Shown here piece by piece: positions 41,269 to 50,237 of a stretch of DNA of 64,000 nucleotides. The stretch's first letter is position 1. The number at the start of each line of letters is the position of its first letter. Source of the DNA: an uncultured delta proteobacterium (lineage in GTDB: Bacteria > Desulfobacterota > Binatia > UBA9968); assembly GCA_963737905.1 (NCBI GenBank), contig CAVTUQ010000030.1, positions 32,001 through 96,000 of the forward strand, read 5' to 3'. A program made the position numbers and the translations under genes. The notes below the pieces were generated by a model that saw nothing but the letters and a program-made list of their open reading frames with translations, had not been told where the DNA came from and made no database searches.

Positions 41269-43041
41269 TTAATCTTCGACCCGCATCGGGAGCGCGCAAA
41301 CTACGACCGTGCCACCTGTGGGATTTTTCTGAATATCCAGCGATGCACCAATCATATTGGCGCGATAATTCATCGTACGGATTCCCATGCCTTCTTTGTT
41401 TCCAGGCCGATCCGTGAATCCCGATCCATCGTCTTGGATACTGATTAGAACTTGATCCCGGCGGTGCGACAGACCGATGACTATTCGCCGGGACTGGCCA
41501 TGTTTGATAGCGTTCGTTACAGCTTCTTGAGCGATTCGATAGAGGTGGGTTGCCACATCAATGTCGCGAATCGAAACTTCCTCATCCACTTTGAAATGAC
41601 ACGAGATATGAAAAAGCTCTTCGACTTCGGTTGCTAGGTGTTGGAGTGCCGACGTTAACCCCTTCGACCCCGATGGAACCGGAAGCAACCCTCTCGCTAG
41701 TTCGCGGGTCTGATTAATGGCTTCGTTGACCAGCCGCGCTATCTTACCGGCATCGCAGGCATCCGGGACTGACTTTTCAATCAGCTTGCGTTCCAATACC
41801 TTGCTCAGGAAAGCGACACCCGTCAGATGTTGCCCAAGGCCGTCATGCAGGTCCTGTGCGATACGACCTTTCTCCTTCTCGCTGATGTCCAGGATCGACT
41901 TCTCCAGCCGTTTGCGCTCGATCATCTCGCTTCTCAAAGTCTCGTTGGTAATCGCCAATTGAGCGGTGCGTTCCTGAACGCGGATCTCCAATTCATGACG
42001 CGCCCTGACCAGGGCGTCTTGGATACGCTTGCGCTCCGTAATATCCGTGATCGAGGCCAAGACCTGCATCTCGTTGACCGTGCCGATCGGATTCAGCCCA
42101 ATCTCCACCGGGAACTCACTCCCATCCTTACGAAGACCGTAAAGATCGCGGCCCGCCCCCATCGGCCGGACCATGGGCTTAGCGAAAAACTCGCTGAGCT
42201 GGCGGAAATGCTGACCGCGAAACCGTTCGGGCACCAGCATCTCCACCGGGTGGCCCAGTAACTCTTCCCTCATATAGCCGAAAATGATTTCCATCTGGGA
42301 ATTCGCCATCAAAATCGTGCCATCGCGTCCGACCGTGATCATCCCATTGGGAGCTCCTTCGACCGCGACGCGAAATTGCTCTTCGCTCTGGCGCAACGCT
42401 GCTTCGGCCCGCGCCCGTTCGGCGATTTCCGCTTGTAGCAGAGTGTTGGCGGCTGCAAGTTCTCTAGTCCGCTGCTCGACTCGATTTTCCAATTCGTCGT
42501 GGGCCTCTTGCAGTTCCGCCTCGACGTGTTTGAGATCGGTGATATCAAAGGCAATGCCATGAACGAACCAGGGCCGACCCTCCTCAGTTCGGACCATCTT
42601 GACGTCACAATGGAACCAAACGGTGTGTCCGTCCCGCGCGATGATCCGATACACGGATCGCAAAGGTTCACCCGAGAGCACCATCTGGGCAGCCTCGAGG
42701 TTCCAACGCTCTTTATCATCAGGGTGGATCTGCCGATACCATCGGATGGGATCGTCAAGCCACTCGTCCTGCGAGAATCCAAGCGCGGCCTCAATATAGG
42801 GACTGACGTAGGCCTCGCTGATCCCTCGATCAAGAAAAATCATGAAGACGACGGCGGGGACTTGTTCGGTTAAGGTGCGGTACCTGGCTTCGATGTCTGG
42901 CAAGGGTCGATGATCTTCTTGGATCCCCCCTTCGCCGTTTTTGAATGGTTTGGCACTTGCCTCGAAAAAGACTCCGGCGAGGCCCTGGATGATACTTTCC
43001 GCTTCCTTCAGACTCAGTGGCGTTTCAGCAACCTGGCTCAC
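41269..43041 (-). CDS. Cytoplasmic PAS-PAS histidine kinase (HisKA_3 type)
   Basis: Two PAS/PAC domains; IAQDLHDGLGQHL H-box, YRIAQEAVTNAIKHG, DDGSG and GMG; no TM segments. Confidence 0.95.
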   Translation of the reverse strand: MSQVAETPLSLKEAESIIQGLAGVFFEASAKPFKNGEGGIQEDHRPLPDIEARYRTLTEQVPAVVFMIFLDRGISEAYVSPYIEAALGFSQDEWLDDPIRWYRQIHPDDKERWNLEAAQMVLSGEPLRSVYRIIARDGHTVWFHCDVKMVRTEEGRPWFVHGIAFDITDLKHVEAELQEAHDELENRVEQRTRELAAANTLLQAEIAERARAEAALRQSEEQFRVAVEGAPNGMITVGRDGTILMANSQMEIIFGYMREELLGHPVEMLVPERFRGQHFRQLSEFFAKPMVRPMGAGRDLYGLRKDGSEFPVEIGLNPIGTVNEMQVLASITDITERKRIQDALVRARHELEIRVQERTAQLAITNETLRSEMIERKRLEKSILDISEKEKGRIAQDLHDGLGQHLTGVAFLSKVLERKLIEKSVPDACDAGKIARLVNEAINQTRELARGLLPVPSGSKGLTSALQHLATEVEELFHISCHFKVDEEVSIRDIDVATHLYRIAQEAVTNAIKHGQSRRIVIGLSHRRDQVLISIQDDGSGFTDRPGNKEGMGIRTMNYRANMIGASLDIQKNPTGGTVVVCALPMRVED

Positions 43042-43060
43042 ATTAGTTCATCCAATCGGA

Positions 43061-43141
43061 CGTTCAACGTTCACGGTTATAAGGATTCAACTTGGACGAG
43101 ACCGCTTGTCCCTTTCAACTTTAAACCTGGAACTTTGAACC
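43061..43141. repeat. GTTCAA/TTGAAC 7-bp periodic inverted element, copy 4, overlapping the end of the hydrogenase small-subunit ORF
   Basis: cgttcaa-cgttca-cggtt...ttcaact-ttaaacc-tggaact-ttgaacc. Confidence 0.65.
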
Positions 43142-44184
43142 TCGTTGGGTCGAGTCGTCGGATGCCGCCATTCGGGTTCTTTATTTAAGGACGCCTGGGT
43201 AAAACTGCGCAGGGCGCGAATCGTCTTTCCGTAGGTCATAACCGCGGTCGTTGAAAGAATCGATCCCGGAGGTTGATTCATAAATGGCATGAACTTGTCC
43301 GGGAATCCCGGCATCGTGCAGCCGATGCAGATGCCCCCTACGTTGGGACAGCCCCCTATTCCCGATATCCAACCTCGCTTGCCAACATTGCACTGAACCA
43401 CCGGCCCCCAGCATCCCAGTTTGACGATGCACTGGCGCGAGCCGTACTCGTCCGTGAACTCGGCTTGCTCATAATATCCGCCGCGATCGCAACCTTCATG
43501 AACGGTCTGGCTAAAAAGCCAAGTAGGCCGCAGGGCTTCGTCGAGGGGAATCATGGGTGCGCTACCGGCGGCTTGATACAATAGATAGAGCAAAGTCTCC
43601 ATGAAATTGTCCGGCTGAACCGGGCAACCGGGCACACACACGATGGGAATACCGGAGTTCGATTTCCATTGCCAGCCCAGGTAATCCGCCAGTCCCATGG
43701 CACCGGTCGGATTTCCCTCCATCGCATGGATGCCGCCATAGGTAGCGCATGTCCCGGCCGCAATCACCGCCCACGCATTGGGCGTGAGCCGATCAATCCA
43801 CTCACAAGTCGTGATCGGCTGGCCAGTTGCTTTGTCGGTTCCTAATGCAGCCCAATAACCTTCTTCTTTGATCTTTTCGTTGGGAATGGATCCCTCAACG
43901 ACCAGGATGAAAGGGGCAAGCTTACCTTCGGCGGCGCGATGAAAGGGTTGCAGGAAGTTCTCCCCGTTTTCACAAGAGAGAAAGGGATTATGAAAATTGA
44001 CTTTGGGAATACCGGGGAGAGCTCCGAGTAAAATGTCTTCCAGGCTCGGCTGCGTCGCGGCGGTGATGGCAATGGTATCCCCGTCACACCCGAGACCGGC
44101 CGTAATCCATAGAATATCGATCTCCCGGATCGGCTCGGAAGTTGAGGAAAGGCTGTGATTTTTGACGCTCTGATCCTCAGTCAT
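43087..44184 (-). CDS. hhyS: Group 1h-type [NiFe]-hydrogenase small subunit (HhyS-like), with no large subunit in the window
   Basis: ILWITAGLGCDGD (Cys/Asp proximal ligands), VEGSIPNE, GTCATYGGIHAMEGNPTG, PGCPVQPDN, HEGCDR, CIVKLGCWGPVVQC, GGCPNVGGICIGCTMPGFPDKFMPF; no Tat leader; ATG 44184 overlaps the upstream stop. Confidence 0.92.
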   Translation of the reverse strand: MTEDQSVKNHSLSSTSEPIREIDILWITAGLGCDGDTIAITAATQPSLEDILLGALPGIPKVNFHNPFLSCENGENFLQPFHRAAEGKLAPFILVVEGSIPNEKIKEEGYWAALGTDKATGQPITTCEWIDRLTPNAWAVIAAGTCATYGGIHAMEGNPTGAMGLADYLGWQWKSNSGIPIVCVPGCPVQPDNFMETLLYLLYQAAGSAPMIPLDEALRPTWLFSQTVHEGCDRGGYYEQAEFTDEYGSRQCIVKLGCWGPVVQCNVGKRGWISGIGGCPNVGGICIGCTMPGFPDKFMPFMNQPPGSILSTTAVMTYGKTIRALRSFTQASLNKEPEWRHPTTRPNEVQSSRFKVERDKRSRPS

Positions 44185-45010
44185 TCGCGTGCAGAGCAAA
44201 CGTCGCGGAATCCTCGTTGGTAATCTGCAGGCGAAACCCGCTAGGCTCCCTAAAATAAGTGCCCAACTGTTCCGGCCGCCTTCCTTCGCGCTCGCCGTGG
44301 TCGTCGTGCTCGTCAATTCCCGCGCGGTGGAGTTTGTCGACGATTGCGTGAAAGTTATCGTCGGTCACGGTAAAGGCGAAATGGCGCCCTCGATAGGTCG
44401 TTTTCGTAACTTCGCTGAGCTCGTCGACCTGGTTGAGAACGACACACTGATCCGAGGGAACTCCGATGACGGCCATGCCGTCTTTCTGCTCCACCAAAGC
44501 GAAATTCAAGAGGCTCTTGTAGAAACTGACGCTGGCCTCTAGGTCAGTGGTGTCAAAATGCAGGTGATGAAGCCGGGTCTTGCTGATTCCTTTGGCCCCG
44601 GCGATTTCCAGAAAGTTACCCTCGGAGTCCTGGAAGACCAATCCTTCGTTCCAACAACAACCCAATCTCTTTTCGTTTTTTATCTCTTTCACAAAGGGAC
44701 TCGCGCGGCGGATTTTTTCCGCCATCGGTTCAAATTCATTTTCGGGAACGATAAAGGAATGCCGTGGGTAAGAAGCAGCGCTCTCGCGCTTGGGCAAGAT
44801 AGTCTTTCCCTGAGAAAACAATCCGACATGGTTTTCCCCCAATTTCATGAATACGCGGTTCATGTTCGGACTGTCGAACCGCTTCAGAGTTCTCGCCCCG
44901 AGAATCTCCGTGTAAAACTTCTCGGCCCGGTCCGCATCCATCACTGCCACGACAAAATGGTCCAAGTGCCGGACATCCCCTTTGGTCTTCGCTTCAGTGC
45001 CCATGTTCAA
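44177..45010 (-). CDS. Two-domain VOC (glyoxalase/extradiol dioxygenase superfamily) protein
   Basis: HLDHFVVAV..D.AEKFY, RHSF, DSEGNFLEI; second domain LHHLHF...FY, RHFAF, EPSG. Confidence 0.88.
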   Translation of the reverse strand: MNMGTEAKTKGDVRHLDHFVVAVMDADRAEKFYTEILGARTLKRFDSPNMNRVFMKLGENHVGLFSQGKTILPKRESAASYPRHSFIVPENEFEPMAEKIRRASPFVKEIKNEKRLGCCWNEGLVFQDSEGNFLEIAGAKGISKTRLHHLHFDTTDLEASVSFYKSLLNFALVEQKDGMAVIGVPSDQCVVLNQVDELSEVTKTTYRGRHFAFTVTDDNFHAIVDKLHRAGIDEHDDHGEREGRRPEQLGTYFREPSGFRLQITNEDSATFALHAND

Positions 45011-45049
45011 GTCCTCCTTTTCTCTTTGTCTGTGATTATTCTGGTTTTC

Positions 45050-45145
45050 TGCTACGGAGACATTTCGAGGTTCGCAGAGGTCGGAGAATTTTTAATTAAG
45101 AACTCCTTACTTCGTTCGGGCCTGACACGTCGCCTTAACGGTGCA
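45050..45145. repeat. Dispersed ~90-bp element, degenerate copy
   Basis: gaggttcgcagaggtcggagaatttttaattaagaactccttactt aligns by eye with the reverse complement of 57721-57808. Confidence 0.55.
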
Positions 45146-45232
45146 ATTCCGAGCCGCGATTCGAGGAATCTTTCTGATGTTCAGCGGCCAAGCTCAGATT
45201 CTAGCTCCCGATGGAGCTCGTGAGGGGAATCC

Positions 45233-46309
45233 TTATTCTGACGAACTATCAGGAAACACGACCATCTTTTCCTTGGGGAAGGAAATAGAAACTTTTCCCT
45301 CCGGTCTATTACCGTCCGGCATGGCCTTGGCCGTCAATACTGAATTCTTAATCTTCATTTCGAAGATCACTTGATCCCCGACGAACGTGGAACTTGAAAC
45401 TGTCGCCGCGAATCGATTACTTGAACCGTCCGCGAAATCAATCTTCATATCTTCCGGCCTGATTCCTACAACGACGTTTCGGTTTGTCTCCCCACAGAAA
45501 TCGACTTCGATCCTGCCGATCTCCGTCTCTACGCAATGTTTATCAAGGACTGTGCCGTGAAGCCAGTTCATCGAGCCGAAGAATTCGGCCACCTGAGGGC
45601 TCTTCGGGTCACGGTAAAGCTCGTAAGGATTCCCCACCTGTAAGAGTTCTCCATGCGCCATGACCGCAATACGATGCGCCAGCACCATGGCTTCCACTTG
45701 ATCATGGGTCACGTAGAGAACAGTGATTCCCAGCTCGCTGACCAGTTTCTTGATCTTCGTGCGCACCTCTTCTCTGAGCCGCGCATCGAGATTGCTCAGC
45801 GGTTCGTCCATGAGGAGCAGCTTGGGATTAATCGCCAATGCCCGCGCCAGAGCGACCCGTTGCTGCTGGCCGCCGCTCAGCAGCCGGGCCGGCCGCTTCT
45901 CGAAGTCGTCAAGCTGCACCAGACGCAGGGCATGCCGGATCCGTTCTGTGGCCTCGTTTCGAGAAAGCCGCGCGGGACCATGGGTCAATACGAGTCCGAT
46001 ATTTTCGGCGACGGTCATGTGCGGCCAAATCGCGTAGGACTGAAAGACCATACCGATCTGCCGCTCCTCCGGCGGGACATTGCTGCGCGGATTAACAGAA
46101 AAAACGGTTTTCCCATCGAGAATAATATTCCCTACGTCGGGTTTCTCCAGTCCTGCAATGCAGCGCATCAAGGTGGTCTTCCCCGAACCACTAGGCCCTA
46201 GAAGAACGAAGAACTCCTTTTTCCCGACTTGAAGATCGATGCCATTTAGGGCAGCCACCGTTTGTTCGCCCGACTTGAAGTTCTTGCGCAAACCGGAGAC
46301 GGAAATCAT
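45233..46309 (-). CDS. ABC transporter ATP-binding protein (FbpC/PotA type with TOBE domain)
   Basis: GPSGSGKT, VFQSYAIWPHMTV, LSGGQQQR, DEPLSNLD and YVTHDQ motifs. Confidence 0.96.
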   Translation of the reverse strand: MISVSGLRKNFKSGEQTVAALNGIDLQVGKKEFFVLLGPSGSGKTTLMRCIAGLEKPDVGNIILDGKTVFSVNPRSNVPPEERQIGMVFQSYAIWPHMTVAENIGLVLTHGPARLSRNEATERIRHALRLVQLDDFEKRPARLLSGGQQQRVALARALAINPKLLLMDEPLSNLDARLREEVRTKIKKLVSELGITVLYVTHDQVEAMVLAHRIAVMAHGELLQVGNPYELYRDPKSPQVAEFFGSMNWLHGTVLDKHCVETEIGRIEVDFCGETNRNVVVGIRPEDMKIDFADGSSNRFAATVSSSTFVGDQVIFEMKIKNSVLTAKAMPDGNRPEGKVSISFPKEKMVVFPDSSSE

Positions 46310-48006
46310 AGCGCTTCTTCCAAACGGCTCCGTCGGCCCACCGTCAAATACAGCAAGACCAGAGGCAACATGAAAAGGAGGATCACCAGATTGGCCGCCG
46401 CGGCCTGATTGAGGCTACCTCCCAGCCACAATCCCCAAACGATCATCGGCAATGTGACGTTATTCTGGTTAGTGACCAAAACCGAGGCCATGGTCAACTC
46501 GCGATAACAAAGCAAAGCCATCCACAGCCAGGCGTATACCAAAGCCGGCTTGAGCAACGGCAGCAGTATCTTGCGCATCACCTGCAACACCCGCAGCCCC
46601 CCGGCAAAGGCGGCTTCTTCAAGCTCGGGGTGGATCTGTGCCAGGGAGTTGTTGATGATGCGCGTCGCGAAGCTGATACGGCTTATGGTGTAAACCAAAA
46701 CCAGGATCGATAGGGTGCCGTAAAGGGGCAGAATGCCGCGCAACAGAAAAAGTGCTACAAACACGGCGGCGATCGCCAAGATGATGCTGGGCACGGCATG
46801 GGGCAGAAAGGCCAGCGCATCAAACACGATCCGCCACTTTAAGTCCGATCGAAGAATCACCCAGGATATCGCCAAACAAAGAACTAATGTCAGGCTTGGC
46901 ACCGCCAACATCAAAAGCAAGGTGTTTCGGGCGCCGGTCAACAAGAGATCCCACGGCAGCCCATAAAAGTTGCGCAGCGATACCTGGCTTAACGCCGCCC
47001 AGGACGGCGGTTGAAAGTAACTCAACAGCGCAGCCCAGGCGAGGAGAAAAAGCGGCAAAAGTTTGGCTACGAGAAAAAAGAACCCAAGAAAAATCCACGC
47101 ATAAAACCGTCCGCGCCTTCCAAGCTCGACGAGCTTTGGGCGATAGGCGCGGCCGGTAACGACAGCGTAACGAGAAGAGAAACGGAGCACTTTGAAATAC
47201 CACCAGCTGAGCAAGAGCGCCAACACGACGAGCAAGCTGCTGACCGCTCCGGCGACGCCGTAATTAGGCAATTCCTCCAGCGGCTGCATTTTGTAGAAGA
47301 TGAAAGTCGAGAAGGTAAAAATCTTGTTCGACATACCGATGATTGCCGGGACTTCGAAAGCCGAGAGCCCGATAGTGAAAATATAAATGGCCGCCGCCAG
47401 AATGCCGGGAAAGGTCAGCGGCAAGGTGATGTAGCGCAGGGTCTGCGCCATTTTCAGACCGTGGACTCTTCCGGCTTCTTCCAGGGACGGATCCATGGTG
47501 CGATAGGTCGCCACGATCATGATAAATGCTATAGAGGATAGGCCGAGTCCTTCAACCCAGCCCATGCCGACGATCGACGCAATGTTAAATGGACCCTGCG
47601 CCAGGCCGAAGGCATCGACAAAGATCCGGTTCACCACGCCGATGCGTGGATGCAACAGAAATACCCAACCCATGGCTGTAAAAAAAGTCGGGACCAACGC
47701 GCCCACCGCCATGAGCGTGAAAACCCATTCCTTTCCCGGCAGGTCAGTTCGTTCCACCAACCACGCGATAGGAATGGCGAAAAACAGAGAAATCGCCACC
47801 GTCGTTGATGCGAATCCCAGGGTATTGAGCAGTGTCTTAAAGGTAAAAGAATCGGTGAGGATATTGCGGTAGTGATTGAGCGTGTAAACCACAGGCTCGC
47901 CCGGCCCGCTTTGCCAGAAGCCCATCCAAAAGATCACCAGCAGGAGCCCGATCACGGGCAGCAGCGCTGCCGCCGACACTCCCACGAGCAACCAACGACC
48001 CTTCAC
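46306..48006 (-). CDS. ABC transporter permease (FbpB/ThiP type, two EAA loops)
   Basis: AWLVERTDLPG, DPSLEEAGRVHG and HPELEEAAFAGG motifs; about 12 TM segments. Confidence 0.95.
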   Translation of the reverse strand: MKGRWLLVGVSAAALLPVIGLLLVIFWMGFWQSGPGEPVVYTLNHYRNILTDSFTFKTLLNTLGFASTTVAISLFFAIPIAWLVERTDLPGKEWVFTLMAVGALVPTFFTAMGWVFLLHPRIGVVNRIFVDAFGLAQGPFNIASIVGMGWVEGLGLSSIAFIMIVATYRTMDPSLEEAGRVHGLKMAQTLRYITLPLTFPGILAAAIYIFTIGLSAFEVPAIIGMSNKIFTFSTFIFYKMQPLEELPNYGVAGAVSSLLVVLALLLSWWYFKVLRFSSRYAVVTGRAYRPKLVELGRRGRFYAWIFLGFFFLVAKLLPLFLLAWAALLSYFQPPSWAALSQVSLRNFYGLPWDLLLTGARNTLLLMLAVPSLTLVLCLAISWVILRSDLKWRIVFDALAFLPHAVPSIILAIAAVFVALFLLRGILPLYGTLSILVLVYTISRISFATRIINNSLAQIHPELEEAAFAGGLRVLQVMRKILLPLLKPALVYAWLWMALLCYRELTMASVLVTNQNNVTLPMIVWGLWLGGSLNQAAAANLVILLFMLPLVLLYLTVGRRSRLEEAL

Positions 48007-48008
48007 GG

Positions 48009-49081
48009 CTATTTCCCCATCAGGATATCTTGAAACTTCTGGCGTACCCGACTCTGGTTCTCGCGGTTTTTTACGACCTCGGAGACAGGGTTGGCAAAGA
48101 ATTTAACCCCCTGGCGCTCCTGCTCTTTGACGAATTTGTTCATGTAAGTTCCTTCGACAAAGTGAGAACTCGTCTTCTCCGTTTGCCACAGAATATCCTG
48201 CCCGTCCTTGCTGAGCAGCAGGCCGGCCAGAAGCGCCGCTGCGTTGGGATGGGCGGAGTTCGTTGGCACCGTGAGATACCAGTAGGAAAGAATACCGGCG
48301 TCCTTAAAGATTCTGCCGTTTACCGGCGCCCCTTTCTGATGCATTTCATTGGCGTCCGCGAGATCACAGTTGAAAACCAACATGGCAAACTCGCCGTTGG
48401 CGACGCGCTCTTCCTCGCCGCAGCGGATCAGTCCTGAGACCTGTTTGACGAATTTCTGGAGAAAAGCCGTGGTTTTCTCTTCGCCCCATATCAGCGCCAG
48501 GCGGTCAAAGGATGCCGCATAGGGAGTCGAAGCGATTTTTCCCTTCCACTTGGGGTTGAGCACGTCCTCGACTTTCTGTGGAACTTCGCTGGCGGCGACG
48601 AGATTGGTATTATAAGTAAACCCCGGCGTACGCGAGACCACGACAAGCACCCGGTCGTCCCAGTCTGTCATCTCGCGCGTGATATGGGGAAACGCTTTGG
48701 TCCATTCGAATTTCTTCAGCGACATCCGCACGACGTGATTCTCCGAGCCGATAAAGAGATCGCTGGAGGCGGCCTGCCCGGCCTTCGCCTCTTGAATGAT
48801 CCGGCTGGCAAATTGCGGCATCGCGGGGCCAGGGGTGAATCTAAATTGCACATTCAAGCCGTAGGCTTTGGCGAAAGCTTTTTCCATTGCCCGCGCGCCC
48901 TCGATCCCGCCCATGGTCCCGGTGCCCCAGCTGAGCGTGAGACTACCTTCCTTCTTAGCCCCCTCGATGAGTTGTGGCAGAGTCTGGGCGAAAGCTGTTA
49001 CGCGGGAGTGACTACCAATGCCCACAATCAAACTCAGCGAGCACTAGCGAAAATCTAGATCCGTTGAATCTGCGCATTCAT
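48009..49081 (-). CDS. ABC substrate-binding protein (AfuA/FbpA-like)
   Basis: LIEGAKKEG, YNTNLV...DVLNPKWKGKI and AHPNAA motifs; the signal-peptide region 49031-49081 contains indels; AGGAG RBS before 49081. Confidence 0.88.
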
Positions 49082-49096
49082 AGTCCGCTCCTCTGA

Positions 49097-49167
49097 CTTT
49101 GAACCTTGAACTTTGAACGTTGAACCCTCGTTGCGAACGGCTTGAACGTTTTGAACGACTTGAACAG
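49097..49167. repeat. TTGAAC periodic repeat, copy 5 (7-bp then 9-bp period)
   Basis: ttgaacc-ttgaact-ttgaacg-ttgaacc...gcgaacggc-ttgaacgtt-ttgaacgac-ttgaac. Confidence 0.85.
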
Positions 49168-49173
49168 CGCAAG

Positions 49174-50136
49174 CTAGAGGTCCATCCGTTTTCCCAGGCC
49201 TCGACGCACCGCTTCCTCGTAGAGCCAGGCGGCGAAAATCATGTCTCCGTAGCCGCCCTGCGATTCTCTAAAGATGTTGATCTCATCGCCATCCGCGCGG
49301 CCAACCACGCGGCCGGTGACCAATTCTCCCAACTCGGGAATCCGACTCCAGGAAAGCTTGCCTTCAGCCGTCAACTCTACGAGAGGAAGCGCCGCAGAGC
49401 GGTCGTTATAGTTTCGTTCTTGCTCCTGACTCCCCACGACAATTCGACTAGCCTTAAGAAGCAGGCCACGGCTCAACTCAGTGGGTTTCCCCATGCTGCT
49501 CACATGAGTACCGGGCTCGACCCAGCTTTCCGGAAATATCGGACTCAACGAATTGGTCGCCGTCAGGATAACATCCATGCCACGCACGGACTGTTCAGGA
49601 TTGTCGACCCCCCGAACGGTTATGCCGAGCAGCTGCGCCGCCTCGTCGCAGAATTTTTGCCGCCGCACGGGATCGCGGCTGGAAACGGAAATTTCTTTGA
49701 TGCCGCGAACAGTAAGCAGAGCCTTGAGAATGCCCAACGCGTTTCGCCCGACGCCGAACAAGCCCAAGCGTTGAGAATCTTCACGCGCCATATGCTTCGC
49801 CGCGATCGCCACGACTCCGGCGGTTCTCAAGGTTCCGAACGGAAAACCCATGAAAGAGAGCAGCTCGCCGGATTCCGTATCAAAAAGCAGCGCGTACATC
49901 ATGTCGCCACCGCCCAAACCACTATTCGGGCCCAGTCTGACTCCGACGCGCCGCGATTCCAAAGCGGCGCCTGAAACCACCCGCAGGCCACTGTGGGCAC
50001 CGACCGGAATATGGTACGGCGCGTGCGGAACTATCTTCCCCTGCGCTTGCTGCCGGTGAACCTCTTCGATCAGCTCGATCGCTTTCTTGAGATCGAGCAA
50101 GGGTCGAAGCTCATCGCGGCTGAGTATTAGCGGCAT
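49174..50136 (-). CDS. Ornithine cyclodeaminase/mu-crystallin family protein
   Basis: LRTAGVVAIAAKHMA, GLFGVGRNA, PGTHVSSMG and FRESQGGYGD. Confidence 0.9.
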   Translation of the reverse strand: MPLILSRDELRPLLDLKKAIELIEEVHRQQAQGKIVPHAPYHIPVGAHSGLRVVSGAALESRRVGVRLGPNSGLGGGDMMYALLFDTESGELLSFMGFPFGTLRTAGVVAIAAKHMAREDSQRLGLFGVGRNALGILKALLTVRGIKEISVSSRDPVRRQKFCDEAAQLLGITVRGVDNPEQSVRGMDVILTATNSLSPIFPESWVEPGTHVSSMGKPTELSRGLLLKASRIVVGSQEQERNYNDRSAALPLVELTAEGKLSWSRIPELGELVTGRVVGRADGDEINIFRESQGGYGDMIFAAWLYEEAVRRGLGKRMDL

Positions 50137-50170
50137 CTTTAGCTCCGGCTGGCGCCCGCATTTCTCTCGA

Positions 50171-50237
50171 CCTTGAACCTTGAATCATTGAATGACCTCA
50201 AGGGTTTAAGCAACGATTTCAACTTTTTGAACGTTCT
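50171..50237. repeat. TTGAAC periodic repeat, copy 6 (degenerate)
   Basis: cttgaacc-ttgaatca-ttgaatgac...ttcaacttt-ttgaacgtt. Confidence 0.7.

Noticed and set aside
44185-44316. N-terminal extension of HhyS in the ORF track (possible leader peptide)
   Set aside because: Overlaps the VOC coding region in another frame and has no Tat motif; ATG 44184 fits homolog length and translational coupling.
49097-49167. GAAC/GTTC repeats as LexA boxes
   Set aside because: Spacing is 7 or 9 bp rather than GAAC-N4-GTTC or GTTC-N7-GTTC, and the flanking genes are not SOS genes.
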